Below are positions 10,643 through 22,947 of a stretch of 64,000 bases of DNA, piece by piece. The notes under the pieces are model-generated. The model did not search any database. It saw nothing but the letters and a program-made list of their open reading frames with translations, and was not told where the DNA came from. Location of the stretch: contig OX597816.1 of NCBI GenBank assembly GCA_951406725.2, positions 8,122,001 to 8,186,000 of the forward strand, written 5' to 3'. This DNA comes from Octopus vulgaris (taxonomy: Eukaryota). The translations under genes were made by a program, and so were the position numbers. The first letter of the stretch is position 1. Each line of letters starts with the position of its first letter.

Positions 10643-11815
10643 TTGTTGTTTTGTTATTATATAATAATAATTATTATATATAATAAATGTAATGAGGCGA
10701 TTGAGCGGATTATGCCACCCTCTAATGATAAGAAAAATACTGATGGTATAGCCATACCTAATCATCAAGTCGCGAGTTTGGAAGGCGTTGAAAGAGTAGC
10801 TAGATTCCGCCCTTACATACGTAAGAGGTCTGAAGATAATGATTCGGTCTGGTATAATGTTCCCTTCAACTGTACCATATCCACCAACATATATAAGAAA
10901 TTTATGGCAATTTTAGAAAAAAAAATCCCTGCTTCCCATAGATATAATACAGTATTTTCCTGTAAGACAGTTAGAATCTCGTATTCTACCCTCCCCAATA
11001 TAGGTACCATCATAGCCAGGTCAAATAGAAAGAATATAAAATCGGCAAGAGGAGTTAATAACAATAATATTATTGTCATCACTAGTTAAAATCCCTACAA
11101 TGATAATAATATTAATGGTGTTGTAGGAATTAGAAACAACAGTACTAACACATTTAATATGTACAATATAGACTTTGACTCTGAAGTTTATACTAGCACA
11201 GGGATTACTGACGCAATGCCTGTTGATGCTGAGATGAATTTAAATGATACTACAGTTGAAAGAAATATAAATAATAACAGAAATAAAAATAACACAGATG
11301 ATAGTAGTAGTAGGACTAATGATAATAATGATAATAATAGTAACAATGATAGGAATATCAATAATATTAATAGTAGTAATGCTCTTGGTTGCAATTGTAG
11401 AGTTAAATTCCACTGTCCGTTATTAGGCCGATGTCTGATCCAAAACGTAATTTATAAATGTACAATCATAACTGAGGCTGGTAACTTTATACATATAGGA
11501 TGTTTGATAAAACTGAAAAAACGTATCACTAACCATTTTTCATCTTTTAGACTCAAACATAAAGCCAATTGTACGTCCTTATCTAGCAAGATTTGGGAAC
11601 TGAAGGAAAGCGGGATCCAATTTAGCCTTAAATGGGATATAATACGGAGAGTGCAGCCTTATAGAGATAGTCGATACGGATGCGAACTGTGCTCTATGGA
11701 AACTTATGAGATTTTTAAGTATAGGGACAAGAACAACCTGATTAATAATAGATTGGACCTAAGGGTATCATGCATGCATAGCGTCACCCGTACATTTAAT
11801 TATTTTCGAAACTAA
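10643..11815 (+). pseudogene. C-terminal ORF of a Neptune-like Penelope-like element: linker, Cys cluster and GIY-YIG endonuclease
   Basis: WYNVPFNCTISTNIYKKF..TVRISYSTLPNI linker, CNCRVKFHCPLLGRCL, VIYKCTI..IHIG..KKRITNHFSSF..CELCSMETYEI..LINNR. The two ORFs share a frame and are split by one TAA at 11087-11089. No RT core. Confidence 0.88.
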
Positions 11816-13422
11816 TGATTATAGGTGCCGTACTTGAACTTTGATGTGGAAATTAATTTTGGTGTCGGATCCGTTATAAACTTATCCTCCAGTATTAAAT
11901 ATAATAAAATCACGGGATATTATGTTATATGGTGAATTAAATTGCATTGCATATCTTATGAGCTATATGTTGTGGTATGCGGTGTACTATATGTAATATT
12001 ATCTCATGATAACCCCTACCTAGTTAGTCTGACTTCATCCTATCTTGGTGATTACACTATTTTCCTTTCTATGATGTTCTACCCCACTGATCTTATTATG
12101 TATATTTGTAGTGACTTTATGTAAGTAAGTCTCCTCTCTACTAAATTATATACCTCCTAGAAACTATAAAATCATATATAAAATAGCACCTGTAACATTA
12201 CAACTTATAAAAATCTCTTCAGTCTGAATACCTTTAACTGCCCACACTATATCTATACTTACTAACCCCTCTTTTAGCGTTACTTTTATCTCTTCCCTAC
12301 CTCAAATGTTAATCCCTTGTCTCTTTAAATGTAGGTTATACGTATTTCTTATTATTTTCTATAAATTCGTATTATTTTGTTTTCTTATTTTGATATCTTT
12401 ACCTATCAACCTCTTATCCCTTATAAACTTATTACTGTTCTTAAATAGATACTTTTCAGTTACTTAAGTCTATGCGAGATGGTTTTACTATATCCATATA
12501 AACGGATAAATATTTGTGTATGTATATGTGTGCATGTGTGCACATATATAAATATGTGTGTGTATCTGTACACATCTTCAATTTTTTTTCTGATTCATGG
12601 CTTAAAATTAATATATAGATAACATGTTTATCTTTCCAGTTATTCCACATGTAAATGCCCTGAGCAATCTTTATACATGAATGGATATTAAATTGATTCT
12701 ATGTAATCTTTCTTTTTTAATGTTTATAATTGATATATACGCAGATTTTACTTAGTTTGGTTATGATATCATTTATGAAAATCTTAAATATTATTTCTAT
12801 GCAACATAATATTGTTGCATATCACCCATAGTGCCCCAAGATAAATAAAATTCCTCCGTATTAAAATCTTAGGTGTTTTAGCGTCTTAACCCTTTAACTG
12901 GTAATTAACATCATGGTTTAAAGTCTTCCCCTACCTAGCCTCTTTTTAAAGAAAGTTACTTTATATCTCCTAATGTCTTCTTTCCTCCCTGAGGAAAAGA
13001 GATACATATGACAATATTTATGACCATACCTAGCCATGAGCTGTCAACTCACTCGTGCCTTTTATTCAAAACAGATAGTCTTCTAGTCTTAGATTTAGTA
13101 GTTGATAAAGAGATAAATGGATTAGAAATGAATTACAATCCTTTACAACATTATGACCCCAATGGGCTTCATGCGATTCTTGGAAGTGTAGTCTATTCTT
13201 AGCTATAATAGCAACAACATGAATTTCTTCCATCTTCTGGCTCTGTTAAAGTATTTGAGTAAAATTATTTTAATGTGTCCTACAGGGTAAAATTCTATTT
13301 ATTTATTTGTGCAGCTGAAGATAGCACTGCATTTAAATCGATGTAATGATTGCATTGTTCAATTAAATGGAGTCCTTGAAACGGACGTACTGCATCACTT
13401 CTTGATATCCTGTTGCTTATTT

Positions 13423-13425
<3 letters not shown>
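10660..13425 (+). mobile_element. 5'-truncated Penelope-like retroelement with a long AT-rich 3' region ending in a hammerhead, abutting (TA)n
   Basis: GIY-YIG ORF, about 1.5 kb of microsatellite-poor AT-rich sequence, then the hammerhead at 13310-13394. Confidence 0.7.
13310..13394 (+). ncRNA. Type I hammerhead ribozyme (PLE-type, minimal stem III)
   Basis: TGCAG-CTGAAGA-[long stem II with CATTTAA/TTAAATG]-GAAA-C-GGAC-G-TA-CTGCA. Perfect 5-bp stem I; predicted cleavage after GUA (13389). Confidence 0.8.
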
Positions 13426-13483
<58 letters not shown>

Positions 13484-13485
<2 letters not shown>

Positions 13486-13658
13486 GGAGTAAACACATAA
13501 ATGTGAAACAAGGTGGAAAAAAGAGTACTCAAATACCAGTGGTAGAGTAATATGCTTTATTTAAAGCAGCAGAAAATTCAACAAAACCTGTTACTCTGAG
13601 TTTCCCGTTGCAACTCAGAATAACAGGTTTTATTGAATTTTCTGCTGCTTTAAATAAA

Positions 13659-13659
<1 letters not shown>
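13484..13659. mobile_element. Fold-back Penelope-type terminal fragment embedded in (TA)n
   Basis: Inverted arms 13555-13602 and 13612-13659. The minus strand carries the hammerhead 3' half GAAACTCAGAGTA. Confidence 0.6.
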
Positions 13660-13705
<46 letters not shown>

Positions 13706-13881
13706 TATACATATATATGTAGGTATGTACATATATGTATGTATGTATGCATATGTTTTATTTGTTAAATTGTTATTATATATATATATATATAGTTAAT
13801 CCAAACATGAAAACACAAAGAGAAAACACAACAACGCGAGGACGTGGAACAAGTACATACATACATACATACATACATACA

Positions 13882-13912
<31 letters not shown>

Positions 13913-14143
13913 GGATACACATAGATAAGTGTGTATGTGTGATGGAGACAGTGTTCCCCGATGGTAGGCAACTGATATTAGGAATCTTATCTTCTCAAGT
14001 CTTCTAATTATACAGTTGAAGTTGTGATGTCACCATGGTGTTGTGGTTAGCATGGTCATACGGTTTACAGGAGACTCGAATATTTAATAGGTGACGTTCT
14101 TACTCTTTTCTGCCTGTTTCTTCGTACACACACACACACACAC

Positions 14144-14396
14144 ATCTGTAAATATAATATGTGACAATTGTTCGGTAGCCATGATAAAACTCTGAGTTTC
14201 CGATGTCGAGGTGAAAATCCACACCACTATCTCTTCAGTTATCCGGCCATCGGCGTGGATTTCCACCTCGGCATCCGAAACTCAGAGTTTTATCTTGGCT
14301 ACCGAATAATTGTCACATATTGCATTTACAGATAAATTCCTCTGTTTAGATAATATCGAGGTCTCTTTCTTTCTTTTGTTGTCTTACAATTTTTAT

Positions 14397-14400
<4 letters not shown>
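14144..14400. mobile_element. Fold-back Penelope-type terminal fragment
   Basis: Inverted arms of about 80 bp (14144-14226 and 14254-14333), flanked by (CA)n and (TA)n. Confidence 0.65.
14183..14243 (-). ncRNA. Type I hammerhead ribozyme (PLE-type)
   Basis: Minus strand reads GATAA-CTGAAGA-[imperfect stem II]-GAAA-CTCAGAG-TT-TTATC. Perfect stem I, near-palindromic stem III, GUU site. Confidence 0.75.
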
Positions 14401-14468
<68 letters not shown>

Positions 14469-14494
14469 ATATATATATATATATATGTATGTAT

Positions 14495-14838
14495 GCGCAG
14501 GGTCTCCTTGATTGTGCCGAAGGAGAGGAAAACTTTTTGAAAACGGTCAAAGGTGACGAATCGTGCGTCTGTAGTTATATCCGCGAAGCCAAGGCCCAGT
14601 TTTCGCAGTTGAAGACCCCAACAAAATTTGAAGACGTCGAAGAAATCTAAGAGAATGCGACAAGGTAGCTGTCCCTCGTTGTCCCCACCAAAAAAGGGTT
14701 CCCTCACTGAAAACGACGCTGGCTAAAGTGTGTGACTTCAGAAGGGGACCACTTCGAAGGGGATTAAATTCCGAATTGATAAGGGTTGTTGCTTACTTTT
14801 TATAACACTCGTCCCGATACTTTTTGATCAGACCTCGT
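14495..14838 (+). mobile_element. Internally deleted mariner element with 3' TIR
   Basis: AQGLLDCAEGEENFLKTVKGDESC..AKAQFSQLKTP joined to KFEDVEEI..KRRWLKCVTSEGDHFEGD*. Ends GTCCCGATACTTTTTGATCAGACCTCGT. Confidence 0.88.
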
Positions 14839-14852
14839 TTAGGTATATTCTT

Positions 14853-15362
14853 TTATCCGTTTATTCTTTTACTTGTTTCAGTCATTTGACTGTGGCCATG
14901 CTGGAGCACCACCTTTAGTCGAGGAAATTGACCGAAGGACTTATTCTTTGTAAGCCTAGTACTAATTGTATCGGTCTCTTTTTGCCGAACAGCTATGTGA
15001 CGGGGACGTAAACACATCAACATCAGTTTACAAGCGATTGTGGGAGTGACAAACGCAGATACAAATAACAAATATATACATACATACATACATTAATATA
15101 CATACATATACATATGTGTGTGTGTGTGTGTGTGTGTGGGTGTGTGCGCGCGTATGTGTGTGTGTATGTGTATGTATATATATATATATATACACGATGG
15201 GCTCCTTTCAGTTTTCCGTCAACCAAATCCACTCACAAGGCTTTGGTCAGCCACAGGCAATAGTAGAAGACACTTACCCTAGGTACCACGCAGTGGAACT
15301 GAACCCGGAACCATGTGGTTGGGAAGCAAGTTACTTACCACACAGCCACGCCTGCACCTATA
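14853..15362 (-). mobile_element. SINE family B
   Basis: Reverse complement of the consensus with an expanded internal microsatellite. Confidence 0.85.
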
Positions 15363-15423
15363 TATGAGGTTAGCTCATCATTTTTCGGTCATTTGTTTAT
15401 ATTTAAGAACTGTCAGTTCAATG

Positions 15424-16903
<1,480 letters not shown>

Positions 16904-17127
16904 AGAGAGAGTGGAGGGGGTGAAGGCGATTAAATGGAAGCAAGTTGGAAAAGGAAAGGAGAGAAATGGAATTAAAGAGTTTGCGTGCGGACGATGGGTT
17001 TGGGAGATAAAAACAAAAAAAATCTGCTGCCAATTCGGCGATAGACCATAATACTATTTACAGCCTAGGAATCGATAACGACTGAAACACGTCTCAATCA
17101 CAGTTGCTTAGCATTAGTCAGGTGATA

Positions 17128-17135
17128 TGACGTCA
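17128..17135. promoter_or_regulatory. Full palindromic CRE motif TGACGTCA in a unique-sequence island
   Basis: Exact motif between GA-rich and CA-rich tracts. Function not shown. Confidence 0.25.
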
Positions 17136-17227
17136 CGATTTGCTATAGTTGGAGACTCGTGGTTTCGATACTTAAAGAAATGTCTAGCAGCGAGCGATCT
17201 GTGTGGGAGAGGGCAATGATGGCGCCA

Positions 17228-17705
17228 GGCACGCACACGCATACACATACACACGCACGCACACACACATATACACAAACACGCACAAACGCACATACAC
17301 AGTTACAAACAAGCACACATGTACACACAAACACACACGTATACACAGATACAAACACACATGCATATATACAAACACATACACATATACACACACACAA
17401 ACACACACACACATAAACACGCACAAATACATGCACACATATACACAGTTACGAACACGCACACATGTACTCACAAACACACGTATACACAGATACAAAC
17501 ACATACATATAAATACAAATACAGACACATATACACATACAAACACACACACACACACGTAAACACACACACACATGTACACAAATACAAACACACACAT
17601 ATACACAAATACAAACACACACACATACAAATACACGCGCGCACACACACACACCATGCGCGCAGATATACACCATGCACGCACGCACGCACGCACGCAC
17701 GCAAA
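17228..17705. repeat. Cryptic (CA)-rich low-complexity tract
   Basis: Direct reading. Confidence 0.9.
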
Positions 17706-18639
17706 TACAGAGATAAACAGAATAATTGATCGATAAACGTATATTGATTGATCGATCGAATGATCGATAAAGAGATAGATAGATCGATTGATTGACAAGT
17801 CGAGAAATAGATCGATTGTTGAATAGACAGGGAGAAAAGAAGGGGGAGGAGGGAATTTTGAATAAAACCGATTAAATATGGAAAATATGATCTCAATTAT
17901 GATAAAGATTAGACTAAGGGAAAAGGAAAAGAAGGAGAGGAAGAGGAAGAGGAGGAGTAGGAGGAGGAGGAGGAAGAAGAAGAAGAAGAGGAGGAGAAGG
18001 AGGCGGAGGAGGAGATGATGCATCCCGTGTTATACAGCATCCACTGCGTAATAGAAGAAATGCGAAAAGGTACAGTATTAGCACTCACAGCTGGTCGAAG
18101 ACTGCGTTTTTGAATATATAGTGGGACCCACAAGTGACCCTTCCTTTGCCTATAGACCGTCCATTAAAATAAATACAATGAGAGTTAATAGAACTCGTGA
18201 CGAGAGTATTGTTTTGTTCACCGTGTCGGCCACCAAAATTAGCAGCCATTTTGCCTTTAGCTTACGAATTGAGGCTTTGTTTTGCTTAGAAGGAAATTTT
18301 GCATATATTAACCGGAATCAGGTTCTATGTTGTGTGTGATCGGGAAACCAGTTCGAAGAAGACTAAGCTTTCTTCTAAGTTATGCCTAAAGAAGGAGTTA
18401 AGTTAAGCAGTGTAAACTAACGAATCATTTCCCATTTTTATTGTTCTGCCTCTGTTTAGAGTTAGCTTCCAGCTGAACCAGAAGATAGGACTCATCAATG
18501 TTAAATATTGTTATATTGCGACGACACGTCACAGACTGCTTTTTTTTCTCGTTGCCAGGTTATCCTTTACATCTGTGCTTCTTAACTACTTTTTCGTAGC
18601 ACCACGACCCACTTTTGTTGTGCCTAAATGATGAGTGAG

Positions 18640-18870
18640 GTGGTGCTGGCAGAAACGTTAGCACGCCGGGCGAAATGCTTAGTAGTATTTCGCCTGTCGC
18701 TACGTTCTGAGTTCAAATTCCGCCGAGGTCGACTTTGCCTTTCATCCTTTCGGGGTCGATTAAATAAGTACCAGTTACGCACTGGGGTCGATATAATCGA
18801 CTTAATCCGTTTGTCTGTCCTTGTTTGTCCCCTCTGTGTTTAGCCCCATGTGGGTAGTAAAGAAATAGGT
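18640..18870 (+). mobile_element. SINE family A monomer
   Basis: Matches 1611-1843. Confidence 0.88.
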
Positions 18871-18949
18871 ATCATGACCAGAATAATTTAACATAAATCA
18901 TAGTTTATAAATTTTACTCTAGAAATGGACAAAAAAACTAACAAAGACT

Positions 18950-19180
18950 AAAGACTAAAATTACTTTATACATTACAAGTTAATGACCTCCTTGTGCCTG
19001 ATGAGATTGCATTTTATTGTAATGACCATTGCTAGTTAATGCAGTTACTAATACAGGTAAAATTTCGTATGTAAGTTATGTCACCTTATCGCCCCCTCAC
19101 CGCTCCCTAAAGCCTAACTCCCCCTTCAGCATGCCCATTGCCCCCTTGGGTCGGTGCCGCCTACGTTGAGAACCTCCACT
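18950..19180 (-). mobile_element. Fragment of the old hAT-like element
   Basis: CCTTGTGCCTGATGAGAT is the reverse complement of the core at 6630-6650 and 60875-60895. The end resembles GTTGAGAACC. Confidence 0.55.
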
Positions 19181-19382
19181 TTACACTCACACACTCTATA
19201 CACTGTGGGTAAAAAGTTTCATAGAAAACAAAATAATCCTTAATTCAATAATAGTAATGAAGAAGGTTCTGTCTCTGACCTCACAATACAAAAATCTGAT
19301 GTGTTTTAATTACAATGCTCCATTTTACGCTTAAATGATGTGTAATCCTTAATTATCGTTGCTCATTATACTAGCGAAGAAA

Positions 19383-19815
19383 GGCGGCGAGCTGGCAGAA
19401 ACGTTAGCACGCCGGGCGAAATGCGTAGCCGTATTTCGTCTGCCGTTACGTTCTGAGTTCAAATTCCGCCGAGGTCGACTTTGCCTTTCATCATTTCGGG
19501 GTCTATTAAATAAGTACCAGTTACGCACTGGGGTCGATATAATCGACTTAATCCGTTTGTCTGTTCTTGTTTGTCCTCTCTGTGTTTAGCCCCTAATGGG
19601 CAATAAAGAAATAAGAAACTTTAGCACATCAGGCGAAATGCTTAGCAGTATTTCGTCTGTCTTTACGTTCTGAGTTCAAATTCCGCCGAGGTCTACTTTG
19701 CTTTTCATCCATTCGGGATCGATAAATTAAGTACAAGTTGCGTACTGCGGTTGATCTAATCGACTGCCCATCCCCCAAAATTTCGGGTCTTGTGCCTTGT
19801 GTAGAAAATATTATA
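19383..19815 (+). mobile_element. SINE family A dimer
   Basis: Monomer with tail 1 (..GGGCAATAAAGAAATA), then a restart at GAAACTTTAGCAC, ending in tail 2 (CCCCCAAAATTTCGGG..GTAGAAAA). Confidence 0.88.
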
Positions 19816-20761
19816 CTGGCGACGACTTTTCTCTGAATTTGAGCGAAGTCAACCTGGTGGATGTGACACCTCTGCAAGTAATTAGTTTGAGCTCAATTAG
19901 TAAGTGACTTAAATTGGAAAGTAATGGTGCCATGCTTAGATAATTACAAGGACACAAGGCGTTTGGACCGGTGCCATACTCCTGTTACCAACCAGGCCAG
20001 GTCAGGCCAGGCCAGGTAAAATGGGTAGGGGACATGCGCCATTGCAGTGCGTCGCTGCATTTATCATTTGTCTGTAAATTCCCGGGTCCCCGCCCCCCGG
20101 GCGATTCGTCGAGCCGAGTCCCAGTCAGTCCCTGTCTCCTCCAGATGCCTCCTCATCAGCCGTAGACCACACGAGCCATCAAGCCAGCCAGATCTTCAGT
20201 GAAAAGAACATGGTAAACAGGCTCTAACTCGGAAAATCGAACATGGACAAACAGTTGTGCTAACAACAAATATCCGTCAAATGTAAATAATGTAAATAAT
20301 GTAAATAATTCCATGTCAACCATTTTAACCAAAGAATATATTAAATATGACCAAATATGGTGACAAATTTGGCTTCACCATTTTCTTTTGTGGCTTGTGT
20401 GATTTCTACTTTCACAACCGATGCCTCGTTGATCATTGGTATTTCTACAAACGTATCGATCTACAGAACAACTCCAATATTTTTTTAACGGTTTCAGAAA
20501 GTCTAAAGCAAGAAAACCTGTAGAGTTTTTCCAGTTACAGTACATATTTCCATTACAACATTCTGAAAAAATATATAATCAACGTTGATGTGTTTTATAC
20601 GCATTAATTCATTAAACTAATTAACTGTCACAATCATTATATTAATTAAGTGTCACAGTCTGGGGCATTTGGGTATTTACATACAAACTACAGTGGAACA
20701 ATTCCTTAAAATAATATCGCAATATACAAAAGTGTGTACGAGTATGTTTTATTAAGTTCTT

Positions 20762-20926
20762 AGCGCAGGAGTGGCTGTGTGGTAAGTAGCTTGCTTACGA
20801 ACCACATGGTTCCGGGTTCAGTCCCACTGCGTAGCACCTTGGGCAAGTGTCTTCTACTATAGCCTCGGGCCGACCAAAGCCTTGTGAGTAGATTTGGTAG
20901 ACGGAAACTGAAAGAAGCCCGTCGTA

Positions 20927-20984
<58 letters not shown>

Positions 20985-21220
20985 TATATGCGTGTGTATA
21001 TGTTGTGTATCTGTGTTTGTCCCCCCAACATCGCTTGACAACCGATGCTGGTGTGTTTACGTCCCCCGTAACTTAGCGGTTCGGTAAAAGAGACCGATAG
21101 AATAAGTACTGGGCTTACAAAGAATAAGTCTTGATTCGACTAAAGGCGGTGCTCCAGCATGGCCGCAGTCAAATGATTGAAACAAGTAAAAGAGAGTAAA
21201 AGAGTAAAAAGAGTAAAGAG
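20762..21220 (+). mobile_element. SINE family B, full length
   Basis: Consensus structure with an internal (TA)n and an (AGAGTAAA)n tail. Confidence 0.9.
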
Positions 21221-21479
21221 TATGAGAGTTCAAGCCGCCCGCTAACAAAGCGACAAGGCTTTTTGAGCTAAGCGAGTTCCTGGGGTTTGTAAATATGTGG
21301 ATGAGTTAGTGTGTCGTTTGAACTATCGATGCACACATCCAAGTGTGATTGTGTATCTATTCATCTAAAGAACATCACTATATCCCACCCTATTTCTTCA
21401 CAGAATGGTTTCCGATTTAGACGCAAGGCCAGTAGTTTTCATGGGAAGGCGTTAGTCGATACCATCGACTCCAGTACTT

Positions 21480-21720
21480 TTTCTTCTTCTTTTATCCGCT
21501 CAGTCGAAGTCGACTCTCGGTTACTCGTAGGATCAGTGTCCTCCAGTCAGTTCTATCCTGGGCCGCTTCTTTCAGATTGGCTATGTCCATTCCGGGATCA
21601 CTCTTGATGGTGTCAAGCCAGCGGGTTCTTGGTCGGCCTCTTCCTCTCTTGCCACTGACCATTCCGAGCATGATGTCCTTCTCCAGGAATTTTCTCCGCA
21701 TAATATGACCGAAATATGCC
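21480..21720 (-). mobile_element. RTE-clade LINE 3' fragment
   Basis: LAYFGHIMRRKFLEKDIMLGMVSGKRGRGRPRTRWLDTIK..AAQDRTDWR..RLSG*, followed by a (GAA)n tail. Confidence 0.9.
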
Positions 21721-22319
21721 AAAATATGCCAAGTACAGGTCTGGTATTTTATTTTATCCATCCGAAAGGGTGAAAGGCAAATACGACTTTTGCAGGATTT
21801 GAACTCAGAAGAAAAAAAAAAGAATATCGCAGGACATTTTTCTGACACTCTACCGATTTCTAATAGCATAAACAATCCCAGTCAATCGTACTGCTTCAGT
21901 TCACTCCATTATATACATGTGTGACGTCCTACTGTCGCTATATTCAGTCTGCAGAAGACTCCCCTGAGAAACCTTACGTCAGCCATATTGTTGACTTTAA
22001 ATATCAAATTGTGAAAACGTATCAGAAAGAAGATTTGCACTGTGGCAATTCCATTACCGTTCCGTTTTCTATTTCGACGAAATGTTATCGACGAGCAATA
22101 TCGTATGAATAGCATGGGATAAGCAAATGATATCGAATTGTTTAAAGATTAATGTAATACTCGATATCCCGGCAACAATTGCCGGAGGGAAAGCGATGCG
22201 AGAAAAAGAAAGAAAAACAAAAAAAAAAAGAAGGCAACAGAACAAAGCTGAGACATAAATTATTTGTTGCTCCTACTGCTGCACTTACTGCTGCTCCAGC
22301 TGTTGCTCCTGTTGCTTTA

Positions 22320-22945
<626 letters not shown>

Positions 22946-22947
22946 AG

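Noticed and set aside
14396-14707. Minus ORF with kinase-like PFFGGDNEGQL
   Set aside because: It is the antisense of a clear mariner transposase relic.
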